Source of the DNA: Andalucia godoyi And28
Lineage: Eukaryota > Protista > Jakobida
DNA length: 64,000 bases
NCBI GenBank assembly: GCA_009859145.1
Contig: VRVR01000032.1
Location: forward strand, 202,795-266,794
Direction: 5' to 3'
Positions 53,310 through 63,092 of the stretch are shown piece by piece. How positions within the stretch are numbered: the stretch's first letter is position 1; the number at the start of each line of letters is the position of its first letter. A program made the position numbers and the translations under genes. Under the pieces are notes generated by a model. That model saw nothing but the letters and a program-made list of their open reading frames with translations. It did no database searches and was not told where the DNA came from.

Positions 53310-53675
53310 GAACGGAGAGCAAAAGAACTGTACTGTAATTTAAACTCGAAAAAACAATTATGTTTAATAATAATCAAAATCTACCCCTCCAATGTTAAAA
53401 AAAGAAAAAAAAGACTCCATAAAAACCCCTAGCTGCAGCTGCCGTAGTCGGCCGCCGGGAGTTTGTTTTTTCTCGCATTTCACGTCGTCTTTCTTCATCC
53501 TTCCCTTTTGCACGTAATATTTAAATTTAGTATCTTCTTTTTGCGGTGTATCTTCTTTTTGCAGTCTTCCTCCTTGTGTTTTGGTTGTGTATTGAGTGAG
53601 AAGAAGAAGTTGATAGAGTCTGCACATTTTGGAGAAAAAAAAACAAAACAACAACAACAAAAAACAAGGAGGCAA

Positions 53676-54464
53676 ATGTCTACATCTCGACTGCTTCCTG
53701 CTTCGCTGCCGCTGATCTCTCTTACAGGCGCGGCTTCTGCAGGCGCAGTTTCGCTGCCGTCGTCGCTGTTTGCTCTTCCGCGCTCTGACATATTGCATCG
53801 AATGGTTCTTTATCAGCTTCTTCGCCGTCGCCAAGGGACAGCATCGACGCTTACACGCTCTGAAGTGGCGGGTACCACTCGAAAGATTAAGCCACAGAAG
53901 CACAGCGGTGGTGCGCGTCACGGCGACAATCGGTCGAACATTTTTGTGGGAGGTGGTCTTGCAAAGGGTCCGAAGCCTGTTGACTATGCTGGGTCGACTT
54001 CGCTTCCGAAAAAGATCCGTAAACTGGCGCTAAAGATGGCTCTTGGTGCGTGCGTTCTGCAGGATAAACTGCGGTTTGTGGATATTGAAGCGCTGGGCTC
54101 GTCGTTGACTGGGAAGACCTCCGAGGTGAAGTCCCTCCTGGCCTCTTCAGGATTGCAAGAGGTAAAGAAAGTGAAGTTGCGTGCGTTGGAGGACAAGACA
54201 GGCGAGGAGGAGTATCGCAAGCTGGAAGAAAGCGAAGCGGAAAGCAAGCGAGCGCTTGTTGGCGGCTATTCTCGCGTCCTGATGATTTCTGGCGAGGAAA
54301 ACGCTCCGGAACTGCTGGTGCGCGGGGCAGCAAACCTGCCCTCGGTGTCGGTAGTGGGGGTCAGAGCACTCAATGTGTTTGATCTGCTCAAGAGCGACAC
54401 GGTGGTCATGAGTCCAAAGGTTCTTGACTATTGGTCTGCTATCATGGAAAAAACACGAGTGTGA
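53676..54464 (+). CDS. MRPL4: Mitochondrial ribosomal protein uL4m
   Basis: RSDILHRMV.YQ..RRRQGTASTLTRSEVAG..RK.KPQK..GGARHG..RS..FVGGG.A.GPKP. First ATG at 53676. Confidence 0.92.
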   Translation: MSTSRLLPASLPLISLTGAASAGAVSLPSSLFALPRSDILHRMVLYQLLRRRQGTASTLTRSEVAGTTRKIKPQKHSGGARHGDNRSNIFVGGGLAKGPKPVDYAGSTSLPKKIRKLALKMALGACVLQDKLRFVDIEALGSSLTGKTSEVKSLLASSGLQEVKKVKLRALEDKTGEEEYRKLEESEAESKRALVGGYSRVLMISGEENAPELLVRGAANLPSVSVVGVRALNVFDLLKSDTVVMSPKVLDYWSAIMEKTRV

Positions 54465-54849
54465 GATTTCTCCAGTCCCAAGGGAAAACACGAAGCGCAT
54501 GTCTGGATCATTTGGACACTGCCCGATCTGTGTTTAACATGATAGCTAAAGTAAAATGAAAAAACAACCAATAGTAAAAAGAAAAGGAAAAAGACGCCAA
54601 AAAGACCGGAGCTCGTTCAAACACCTTTCCTGCCTGATGTAATTAAATATTATTAAACAGCATCGTGCTGAGACCGACACGATAGGGGCCGGATGACAAA
54701 CTGACACATTGCAGTTTCTACGAGTATTTATTATTTTATTTATCGAAAGGTTTTTTTTGTTTTGCGGCAGTTCCAAGTGACACCGGCAGTTTGTGTGGGA
54801 GGCTTCCAGAATCTGGACTCTCCGCGGTTTCGCTGTTCTCGCAAACAAC

Positions 54850-55968
54850 ATGAAGATACCTGGTGTTATACAGTCTCGACTGCAGATTCTGCGAGATGTG
54901 CATTTTCTTATCATCCAGTCATATGGGCCAACTTCCCACATTCTGTCTTCACGGGACGGCACGGAGAAATTCCGCGTTTCGCTCGGGAGTCCAAGTGCAT
55001 GCTCCTGCGGACTGCCAAAGATAGACAATCTTCCTTGCATCCACATGCTGTTTATACTGATTCGGTTGTTCCGTGTTTCGGAATCTTCGCCCGTACTTGC
55101 TTCGTGTTCGTTTACGGAACGACAGATCGAGGATGTGCTGTCCTACAGGTACTGTGAAGATGAACATTCTGGGAGGACCGAGACGGTTCGTAGTTTTCTG
55201 AAGAAATCTCGGTCTTCTGGGATGTCGGACGGGTCGAAGCGCGTGCGTATGAGAAACCCGAAACAAGTGGAAACGTGCGTTGTGTGCTTGGATAGCATTG
55301 TGGATTGCCCGTATTCCATGCTGACGTTCTGTCGCTCGCAATGCGGGACTCCTGTTCATATTGCGTGCATGCGAGTGTGGTGTGATCACCGAAGGAGTTT
55401 GCGAGAAAATATCACTTGTCCAATGTGCCGAGCTCCCTGGGCGTCGCTGGATCCGCCGAAAATCCGCAAGCAGGAAACGGAGAAGAGCGAAGATCCCGTG
55501 CGACCGGATGACACTGCACAGCATTTCCCTGATTTGTTGGTGACCACGGGGAGCATTACCAAACGATCTGTGTCAGCCGGGTCTGGATCCCGTCGGCCGA
55601 TGAAAGGCAGCTCCTTGGCGAAGCGACAAGAGTCTGCCCATGCAGGTCCCGACAACATGCATCCCGATTTGGCGGTCGACACACGGAGTTGCTTCGACCA
55701 GAAAGTGGATAGAACTGACAGTGCGAGCAGCATCCTCTCGCGATTCACTGTGAGAATGCCTCCCAGGCCTCACGCCTCGAACCAACTTCGTGGAGAGCAG
55801 TCGCTTTCCGAAAAAACGCCACCAGTGCTCGACGATTGTGTGCACACATTCGCTTTGCAGAAGAACAGCGAAGTGTCATCCGCCCGTCGAGGCTCTCTTT
55901 CATCAAAAACTGGAAGACTCGTTTTGGGTCGGGCTTTCGCCTCTGGGGCAGCCTCGTCCATGGACTAG
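54850..55968 (+). CDS. SWIM zinc finger plus RING domain protein (ZSWIM2/MEKK1 N-terminus-like)
   Basis: ACSCG...PCIHMLFIL..LFRV (SWIM) and CVVCLD...CRSQCGTPVHIACMRVW...CPMCR (RING). Confidence 0.88.
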   Translation: MKIPGVIQSRLQILRDVHFLIIQSYGPTSHILSSRDGTEKFRVSLGSPSACSCGLPKIDNLPCIHMLFILIRLFRVSESSPVLASCSFTERQIEDVLSYRYCEDEHSGRTETVRSFLKKSRSSGMSDGSKRVRMRNPKQVETCVVCLDSIVDCPYSMLTFCRSQCGTPVHIACMRVWCDHRRSLRENITCPMCRAPWASLDPPKIRKQETEKSEDPVRPDDTAQHFPDLLVTTGSITKRSVSAGSGSRRPMKGSSLAKRQESAHAGPDNMHPDLAVDTRSCFDQKVDRTDSASSILSRFTVRMPPRPHASNQLRGEQSLSEKTPPVLDDCVHTFALQKNSEVSSARRGSLSSKTGRLVLGRAFASGAASSMD

Positions 55969-56280
55969 TTCTGCTGATTCGCTGCATTTAGTATCCTTCC
56001 ATTCTTTTCCCCCTCATCATTTCTTCCCGATAGTTTCATTTCGTCACTGAAGTATTTTTTTATTTTTATTTTTATTATTTTTATTATTTTTATTTTTGTG
56101 TTTCCCGCCATCGTTCCTGTCTGCCACCAAGACCTTTTTCCCCCGTTGCGTTGCGATGCGTTGCGATGCGATGCGTTGCAAAATGTTTTCGCTCACCACT
56201 TCTGCTCGGGTACCATAACGACATAGTTTATAAAACCGGGGGGAATGAACAGATTGCATAGTATAAATGATAAAAGCAAA

Positions 56281-57783
56281 TCACGTGCAGTAATCCAAGA
56301 AACCAAGTGACGCACCTGCACTCGCCCTCTTAACCGTCTCCATAATCCCAGTCACCGACATCATCACGCAAGACACTGCGAGGACAAAGCAGATGATGAA
56401 AATGATGATACTCGCTCTTTGATACTTTTTCACCAACTTTCCAACAAAAATTGTGCCGATCAAGGACGAGGAAAACCCGACTGCCCAGAGCCAGCCGCCA
56501 TAATCCATTTGCATTGCACCCGCAATGGCAAATTGCGTGCTCGTCGAGGACGCAGTCAGCAGCACCGTGAAAGCGCCGGTGGCGGAAACAACCATTGGAT
56601 TCATTCCAAGCTCCAGCAACAGCGGATTCACGAACATTGCGCCTCCAATCCCGAGCAACGACGTAGCCATCCCTCCAACTGCACATAACACAGGGTACCA
56701 AATGCACGCTTTGGAGTCCCACACAACATCGCCCGGTAAGAATTTGAATCCACATGCCGTCTTTCTGAGGTACTCGTTTCGCACCGTGATGGCAGAATAG
56801 GCGCTCATCGCAGTGACAACAGGAAACACAACAGCAAAGAGAACCCAGAACGCAGCGGAGCACTTTTCGACACCGATGACCGACGATCCATGTCCTCCTC
56901 GGAACATCGCCATTAAGATAACGAAAGACCATGCAGCAAGCAGGAACAACACTCGAGTCCACGGGAAGCGATTATGGGACTGGAGAATGAACTTTTGCAG
57001 CTCAGGGTTAACTTGCTGATTAACGGAGTTGTTGCTCACCGACAGATCCGAAAAGTCCGAGTCCGATTTTTCTTTGGCGAGAAGACTCTTTTTCTCCGTG
57101 TTGATTCCAGAAGATCGTCGAATTTTGGATTCTTGTTTCCAGACGACAACGCCTTTGGTCCATGTCTTCCAGGTTGCCCAGCTGAGGATCACAAACAAGA
57201 GACACACGATCAGCCAGCCCGGAAAGATTGCATTTAACAACACACCAACCATTCCACCCATCAGGATGGACGGCTCCATGACGAAAGCAACGTCGTAGTC
57301 GATGAGTGGCCGCAAATGATCAATTGGGTGTCGTTTTCTCAAGTTCACCAGAAACGACGCAAACGCTGTCCCAAAAGCAGTCGCTTTCGAGAGAGGAATG
57401 GCGGCGTGCGGTCCAAAGGAGAACGTTAGAATGAGGATTGGGACATAGATGCCACCACCACCAACTCCCGCTGCGGCAGACAGCAGGGATGCAACGAAGA
57501 GAACGAGAGTGCCAACACCATCACGCCAGCTGAACGCAGGGAATAGATTTTTGTGATGACACTCACCATCGCTCTGGCATATGTATTCTGGCTGCATGTC
57601 CGTGCACTGCGAATCTGTTTGGCACTTTGAGCAGTGGCCCGAAAGGCAAACATACATGAGCTCACATTGGACAGCTTCATGAACCGTGTCGCATTTGTGA
57701 CCTAGAGTCCCGGAGGCAGCAGAGCATCCACAGTACAAGACAAGGAACGCAAGAACAATCACTAGATGCAAACCGAGTCTCAT
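56281..57783 (-). CDS. TauE/SafE (sulfite exporter)-family transporter with a Cys-rich N-terminal extension
   Basis: AAAGVGGGGIYVP, RPLIDYD...EP..L.G..VGV and LGIGGAMFVNPLLLELGMNP.V.SAT. First ATG at 57783. Confidence 0.9.
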   Translation of the reverse strand: MRLGLHLVIVLAFLVLYCGCSAASGTLGHKCDTVHEAVQCELMYVCLSGHCSKCQTDSQCTDMQPEYICQSDGECHHKNLFPAFSWRDGVGTLVLFVASLLSAAAGVGGGGIYVPILILTFSFGPHAAIPLSKATAFGTAFASFLVNLRKRHPIDHLRPLIDYDVAFVMEPSILMGGMVGVLLNAIFPGWLIVCLLFVILSWATWKTWTKGVVVWKQESKIRRSSGINTEKKSLLAKEKSDSDFSDLSVSNNSVNQQVNPELQKFILQSHNRFPWTRVLFLLAAWSFVILMAMFRGGHGSSVIGVEKCSAAFWVLFAVVFPVVTAMSAYSAITVRNEYLRKTACGFKFLPGDVVWDSKACIWYPVLCAVGGMATSLLGIGGAMFVNPLLLELGMNPMVVSATGAFTVLLTASSTSTQFAIAGAMQMDYGGWLWAVGFSSSLIGTIFVGKLVKKYQRASIIIFIICFVLAVSCVMMSVTGIMETVKRASAGASLGFLDYCT

Positions 57784-58207
57784 AACGGATACCAACGAGA
57801 TCACACACGCGATCAAAAAAACGACAGCAATAATAACGAAAAAGAGCACACACACCAAAACCCGACGCTTTTGTCGATTGAAGTCTGGGACCCGCTCAAA
57901 CAAGCAACGCAAAAACTTTGCTTCCTTGCTGCAAATCCCGCACAGCTTTTTGGCTCCGTTCGTTTCTTATTGGAGTACGTCAGACGGGAGGCCATTCGAT
58001 TCTCCATGTTTCGCAAAGATCGCCAGCGAAGCAAAGGAGATGGGTGGGAAGAGAGAGGGGGGAGGAGACGGGTGATTTTACAAAAAACAAATCGCGGCAA
58101 ACAACTGCAGCTGCTATTTCTAACCATAACGTATACGCAATCCGCAATGCCAGAAAGCGTAATCCTGCAAGCGCAGACCAGCGTTTGCAGCGGAGCTCGT
58201 GGGATTA

Positions 58208-59491
58208 TCAGAGATCCATGTCGTCTTTATCCTGGTCAAAGTCATCATCGTAAAACTCTGAAATGTGGACAACTCTTCGGTCCAGCGATTTTCGAGAGTC
58301 TCGGATGTCTGGATCTTCCTCTTCCGTGTCTTCCAAAAGCATCATGTCTGGAGGGGCGTCTTGCATCATCACGCCAGGCGCGCCTTGCAAACTGCGCATA
58401 TTTTCGTAGATGCGCTGTTTGAGACGATCAAGATAGTCCGGTGTATTTAGGTTTTCCATATTCGACGGAGTCAAGTGCAAACGAAAATCTGGGCCAAAAT
58501 ACTCGAAGAAATCATTGTAAGGCAATTCGTCGGGAATGTCTCTTCCAAGCAACACTGCAGTCTCATACGTCCAACACCGGGCAACATTGCGCACTGTATA
58601 ACCACCGCCGCCCAAAACAAGAGTAGGAAGCCCGAATTTCTTGACGTACTGAACGCAGTCAGCATGGCCTTTGAGCGTCAGATTGAAGCATCCGAGACGG
58701 TCGCCTGCCAAGGAGTCTGCGCCGCACTGCAAGACTACAGCTCCGGGTCTATAGAATTCCATGATCCAGTCAATGACAGGGCGAAAGATATTCTGGTAGT
58801 TCCAGTCATCAATGCCATCCCGCAATGGAAAGTTCACCGAGTAGTTCTTACCCCGACCCGCTCCAACATCGCGAATGTCGCCGGTTCCCGGAAAGTAGTC
58901 TCCAAACTTGTGAAACGACAGCGTCATTACCCGATCTGTTGTGTAAAATGCCTCTTCAACTCCATCTCCATGATGAATGTCAATATCAATGTAAAGAACA
59001 CGAGTGTGGTACTTGAGGAGTTCGAGAATTGCAAGAACAATGTCGTTGATGTAGCAAAACCCCGATGCTTCCGCTTTCTTTGCGTGGTGGAGACCACCCG
59101 CCCAGTTGATCGCAAAATCCGCTTGGTTGTGATTGAGCTTGACTGCACCTTCGATCGATCCACCAGACGAGATCTGGCAAAACTCGAACATCCCGTCGAA
59201 TATCGGACTCTCCTCGCCGACGTTAAATCGCTGCATCTGCGTCTGAAACTCATCCATGTTCTCCGGAGTGATCCTTCGAAGAAAGTCGACATAGTCATGC
59301 GAATGAAACCGCGAGATTTCTGCCTCTGATGCAAGATGAGGTCGGTACACGTCCAAGTGGTTGTATAGACCATAGTTGAGAAGCAGGTTGTGCGTCATCT
59401 TTATTCGATGCGGCTTCATTGGATGTCCCTGGCCATAGTAATAATTTCCTATGTCGTGGTCGAAAAAGTACGCAACCCTTGATTTCGACAT
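58208..59491 (-). CDS. HDAC1: Class I histone deacetylase (HDAC1/RPD3)
   Basis: [54 protein letters not shown] and GGGGYT. ATG at 59491. Confidence 0.98.
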   Translation of the reverse strand: MSKSRVAYFFDHDIGNYYYGQGHPMKPHRIKMTHNLLLNYGLYNHLDVYRPHLASEAEISRFHSHDYVDFLRRITPENMDEFQTQMQRFNVGEESPIFDGMFEFCQISSGGSIEGAVKLNHNQADFAINWAGGLHHAKKAEASGFCYINDIVLAILELLKYHTRVLYIDIDIHHGDGVEEAFYTTDRVMTLSFHKFGDYFPGTGDIRDVGAGRGKNYSVNFPLRDGIDDWNYQNIFRPVIDWIMEFYRPGAVVLQCGADSLAGDRLGCFNLTLKGHADCVQYVKKFGLPTLVLGGGGYTVRNVARCWTYETAVLLGRDIPDELPYNDFFEYFGPDFRLHLTPSNMENLNTPDYLDRLKQRIYENMRSLQGAPGVMMQDAPPDMMLLEDTEEEDPDIRDSRKSLDRRVVHISEFYDDDFDQDKDDMDL

Positions 59492-59979
59492 CGACAAGAA
59501 CCAGATTCCGCGACGAACAAGTGGAGAACGCTTTCGAAAAGTGTGCAAGATGTTTTTTTAAAATAAAAACTCTATTTCTCCATTTGGGATTGAGCAGTTT
59601 CGAGGCTTCCGGGTCGTTCCGGTGAAAAGGCGGCCGCAAAAAATGGGCAGTGTCACTGCGGTGACACTCTCAGGAAAATGTCAGATGGAAAGATGGACTC
59701 ATCCTCGCCTCCTACATCGCACTGGCATCGCACGCATTCTCAAGGGGGGAGGGGTTTTTTTACGTCAGTTTTCAGAAGGGACGGAGTCATCATGTCGCCC
59801 CATGGCACACAGGCCGCATTTCCTGAAAGCATTTTCGTCCGTGACTAGGGTGAGCTGACCCCGATAGTCATTCCATGGGGCAAGACATGAAATAATGTGC
59901 CACATAAAAAAAATATATTAATGAAGACGACATTTGTTCGCTCATAGTTGATCAAAAAACTTTACAACACCAGCACGAC

Positions 59980-59983
<4 letters not shown>

Positions 59984-60016
<33 letters not shown>
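59984..60016 (+). repeat. (CA)n microsatellite
   Basis: Directly visible. Confidence 0.9.
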
Positions 60017-60018
<2 letters not shown>

Positions 60019-60171
60019 GTACCCATTCCGAATGTCGGGTCCCGAGTGGCGAACGCTGAACATATACACCAACAAGCACGGTACCAGTAGCAGCCGAGTA
60101 TAAATAAAAATTGACAGCAAAGACTGTTCAGCTCAGTGGCTTGTTTGAAAAAGCACCCTCTCAGGCCCTCG

Positions 60172-61671
60172 TCATACAAAATTGTTGTCCGCTCGAGCCA
60201 GAAAAATGTCAGTTGTGATATGCGCGGTTGCACAGATCATGAACCAGTAGAGTTGCCGAGACGACGCAAATTCCTTGAGCGGGCGCGTCACCGGGAAGCC
60301 AGAAAGACGAGACATGCTGATCAAGACGACGGACGCCGCAATACACTCAACTATCAATGCAGCAATGCAAAACAGAAGAAGGAGTTGATACTCGCGACCA
60401 TCGATGGCAGAAAAAAAAGCGAAATGCTTTGAATTGTAGCCATATCGGATGAATGCAAAGGTCGAAATGTAAGCAATGAGGGATTCAAAAGTGATCACCA
60501 ACCGGCAGCAATACTCGACGACCACCATCCATTGATATTCTTTTGAGCTCAATTTTTCAAATGTTCCTTGGTTTGCTCCAGTGCAGAATCCCTGGACCCA
60601 CTCCAGAAACACCTCGGAAAATCGAAAATACAACCTCGTCATGCGAAATGGATACATTAGCATTTCGAGCACAACGTGGCCTATCTGGATGAACACAAAT
60701 GTCTCCACATCGACCAACGACCCAAACAGATTTCGATAAAAAAGAAGGTAAAATGCAAGTCCCACAATCTCACCAGCGTAGCACATGGAAGCGCCCCCGG
60801 TCTTGCCACCGTCCAACACGATGCCAATGATCTTCATGAACGACTTGAGCAAGAAAACGACAATCGCAAATATGAAATACTGCAGGATCTGCTCACTTGC
60901 TGTGTCGGCTGCCGCAAACGCTTCAGCCATAAATTGGCAAAAGAAAAACGAGGCCATGATGCCACACTCGAACGCAAAAGCAAACAACAGCTGCGTGAAA
61001 GCATTACGCTGTTCCGTCAGATCATAAGGAGGGTCAAAGAAAAACACGGCTTGGCTGACACGAATGCGATCGTGCACAGGAGCCGCCTTCGCGACGACTT
61101 CTTCGGGATCATTGTCCACGAGAGGAGACTCAAGAGAGTTTGAATCTTTCGATCTGCTACCGATTCGGAGACCCTTCCTCCTCGCGTCCAATTTTCTGCA
61201 ATAGAGAAAGAAAGTGATGATCAGGAAACACCAGTTCGCAAACGGAGGGGTCACAAAAATGTACGGCTTCTTCTCCCATCCCATATACCAGACAAACACC
61301 ATGAACAACACACAGAACGGTATTCCAACGATCCCTGGGAGCCATCGAAAAACGTTGGGCAGCCCAGGGAGCGCATAGTCAAACGGCAGCATCAACAAGG
61401 GATATCCAATGCAGGTGTACACAACAGTAAAGAAAACAAACAGAGGGTATGAAATGCCGTCTGCTTCAGGAGGGGAGTTGAGTGGAATGGAAACAAGCAG
61501 CATTGTAATCACTATTGGAAAAATCGCCTGCTGAAGCAACGAAGAACACAAGGAAGATAAGGACATCTTTCCCTTGCCAAGACGTGTCTGCAGCTGGGTC
61601 AGCGACAGGGATTCGCCAGCCAGCGGAGCAGATATCAGAACTGCACCCGCAGGAAGTGGTATCAAATCCAT
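60172..61671 (-). CDS. Polytopic membrane protein (~499 aa, about 10 TM)
   Basis: Many hydrophobic helices. First ATG at 61671. Family not recognised. Confidence 0.8.
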   Translation of the reverse strand: MDLIPLPAGAVLISAPLAGESLSLTQLQTRLGKGKMSLSSLCSSLLQQAIFPIVITMLLVSIPLNSPPEADGISYPLFVFFTVVYTCIGYPLLMLPFDYALPGLPNVFRWLPGIVGIPFCVLFMVFVWYMGWEKKPYIFVTPPFANWCFLIITFFLYCRKLDARRKGLRIGSRSKDSNSLESPLVDNDPEEVVAKAAPVHDRIRVSQAVFFFDPPYDLTEQRNAFTQLLFAFAFECGIMASFFFCQFMAEAFAAADTASEQILQYFIFAIVVFLLKSFMKIIGIVLDGGKTGGASMCYAGEIVGLAFYLLFYRNLFGSLVDVETFVFIQIGHVVLEMLMYPFRMTRLYFRFSEVFLEWVQGFCTGANQGTFEKLSSKEYQWMVVVEYCCRLVITFESLIAYISTFAFIRYGYNSKHFAFFSAIDGREYQLLLLFCIAALIVECIAASVVLISMSRLSGFPVTRPLKEFASSRQLYWFMICATAHITTDIFLARADNNFV

Positions 61672-61819
61672 CGTCGTCTCTATCTTTCTGGGGGGCACGA
61701 ACCTCGAAGCTCTCGAAATACTGGACAAACTGAAACGAAGCTCGAAAGCACAGAGCACAGCCTCTGCGGAGATCGGGACGTCGGGGACTTTTGCAGGAAC
61801 ACCTGTCACGTGCTATTTG

Positions 61820-62215
61820 GGTGGGTAGATATTGTACGACAGATCGCAATCTCACGGATGGAAAGTGTTCGTTTATGAGGAAACTGGCGGTGTGCAGCAC
61901 GAACAGACGAAAGCATCCCATCCCTGAACAGTCCAGCGACCTGAAATACACGCTAGGCATCCAAATCCAAATACAGCCATTCATCCAAGCACATGATTTC
62001 TGCGGGACCGAATTGTTCTGCGGTTGTCCTGGCGCGAATGGAATCGATATCCATTTCAGGAAGCGCAACATTTCTGCAAAGGAAACGTCTGTGTACCCAA
62101 AAAACGGATCTCTGTAACGCCATTGAATATGGGCACCTGGTGCTATGCCAGAATGCGAACAAGCACAAATACGGAAAATGGTCCACAGCACTTTTTCTGG
62201 GATAATGCTGGTGAC
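61820..62215 (-). pseudogene. Possible degenerate F-box protein fragment
   Basis: A frameshift join gives IPEKVLWTIF/PYL...RSVFWVHRRFL (F-box-like), followed by an in-frame stop after LDLDA. Confidence 0.3.
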
Positions 62216-63092
62216 TGGTAGAGTCAGGGACGGCGAGCAATCTGGTAAAAGAAATTCTCTTGGTGACGACGCCGTTCAGGAGTTGTACGTGAAATATTAA
62301 TTACCCAATTCCCGACTACAGTCGCTTTTTCTCCTTTAATGTTTTGCTGAATGCGTTACACTGGGATTGTGCTACGGTCTGCCACCGCTGTGTGCTGACG
62401 AGAACCTATGTCCAGCAGTGCCAGTCGTTGGTGCGGCCGTATGGTAGCGAAAGCTCGTGGTAAGAAGGCAGATTCTTTTTTTGCCTGGCCAGGGTTCTGC
62501 AAACCCCTCGTCACCTCATCTTGGTGTGCGTACCCTCGAACAAGGCCGGTGATTTGACCCGAGTCCGGCATGCATTGTTGAGATGAAGGAAATGCAGCGA
62601 GACATTACATCAGCGCGCGGATGGGGGATGGAAAAGATGCGACGTTTTACACAGCAGGGGGTTCAGAAAACACAGAGCATGACAGCCAATCGCATCTGAG
62701 GCCGTAGCAGACGCGACATTCAAAATGTAGTGACCATGATCAGAAGCGATGGCGCACTGTCCGGAACAGGACAGTGCTTGCATAAAAGCAAAGCAAGTCG
62801 CAAGTAAACATACATGCAGCACCAGTGACGCAGAACCAGCGCCTTGGACGTAGAAAACCTGGATGGACGTCCCCATAAACAGTCGAAGCGCGGTCAAGAT
62901 CGCACCCACCTCAATGGACACAGCCTACTGGAAATCCAAGCCCTAATATCTCTAGGTCGCAAAGTATCTGCAGTCCATCCAGAGTATCAAGCGAAACAAC
63001 GCAGGCTTCATGCATGGCACGAAAAGTACGACAACTGTATCGATATCGGCCCGAAAAACGTCGCACTGCTTCTCTGACAAGACAGTTGTCAT

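Noticed and set aside
41488-54464. Apparent clustering of mitochondrial genes (IF1, PDHA1, uL4m)
   Set aside because: They are interspersed with unrelated genes, as expected at this gene density.
54505-54525. Minus-strand CAGTGTCCAAATG matching the end of tail A
   Set aside because: An isolated ~12-mer with no upstream homology.
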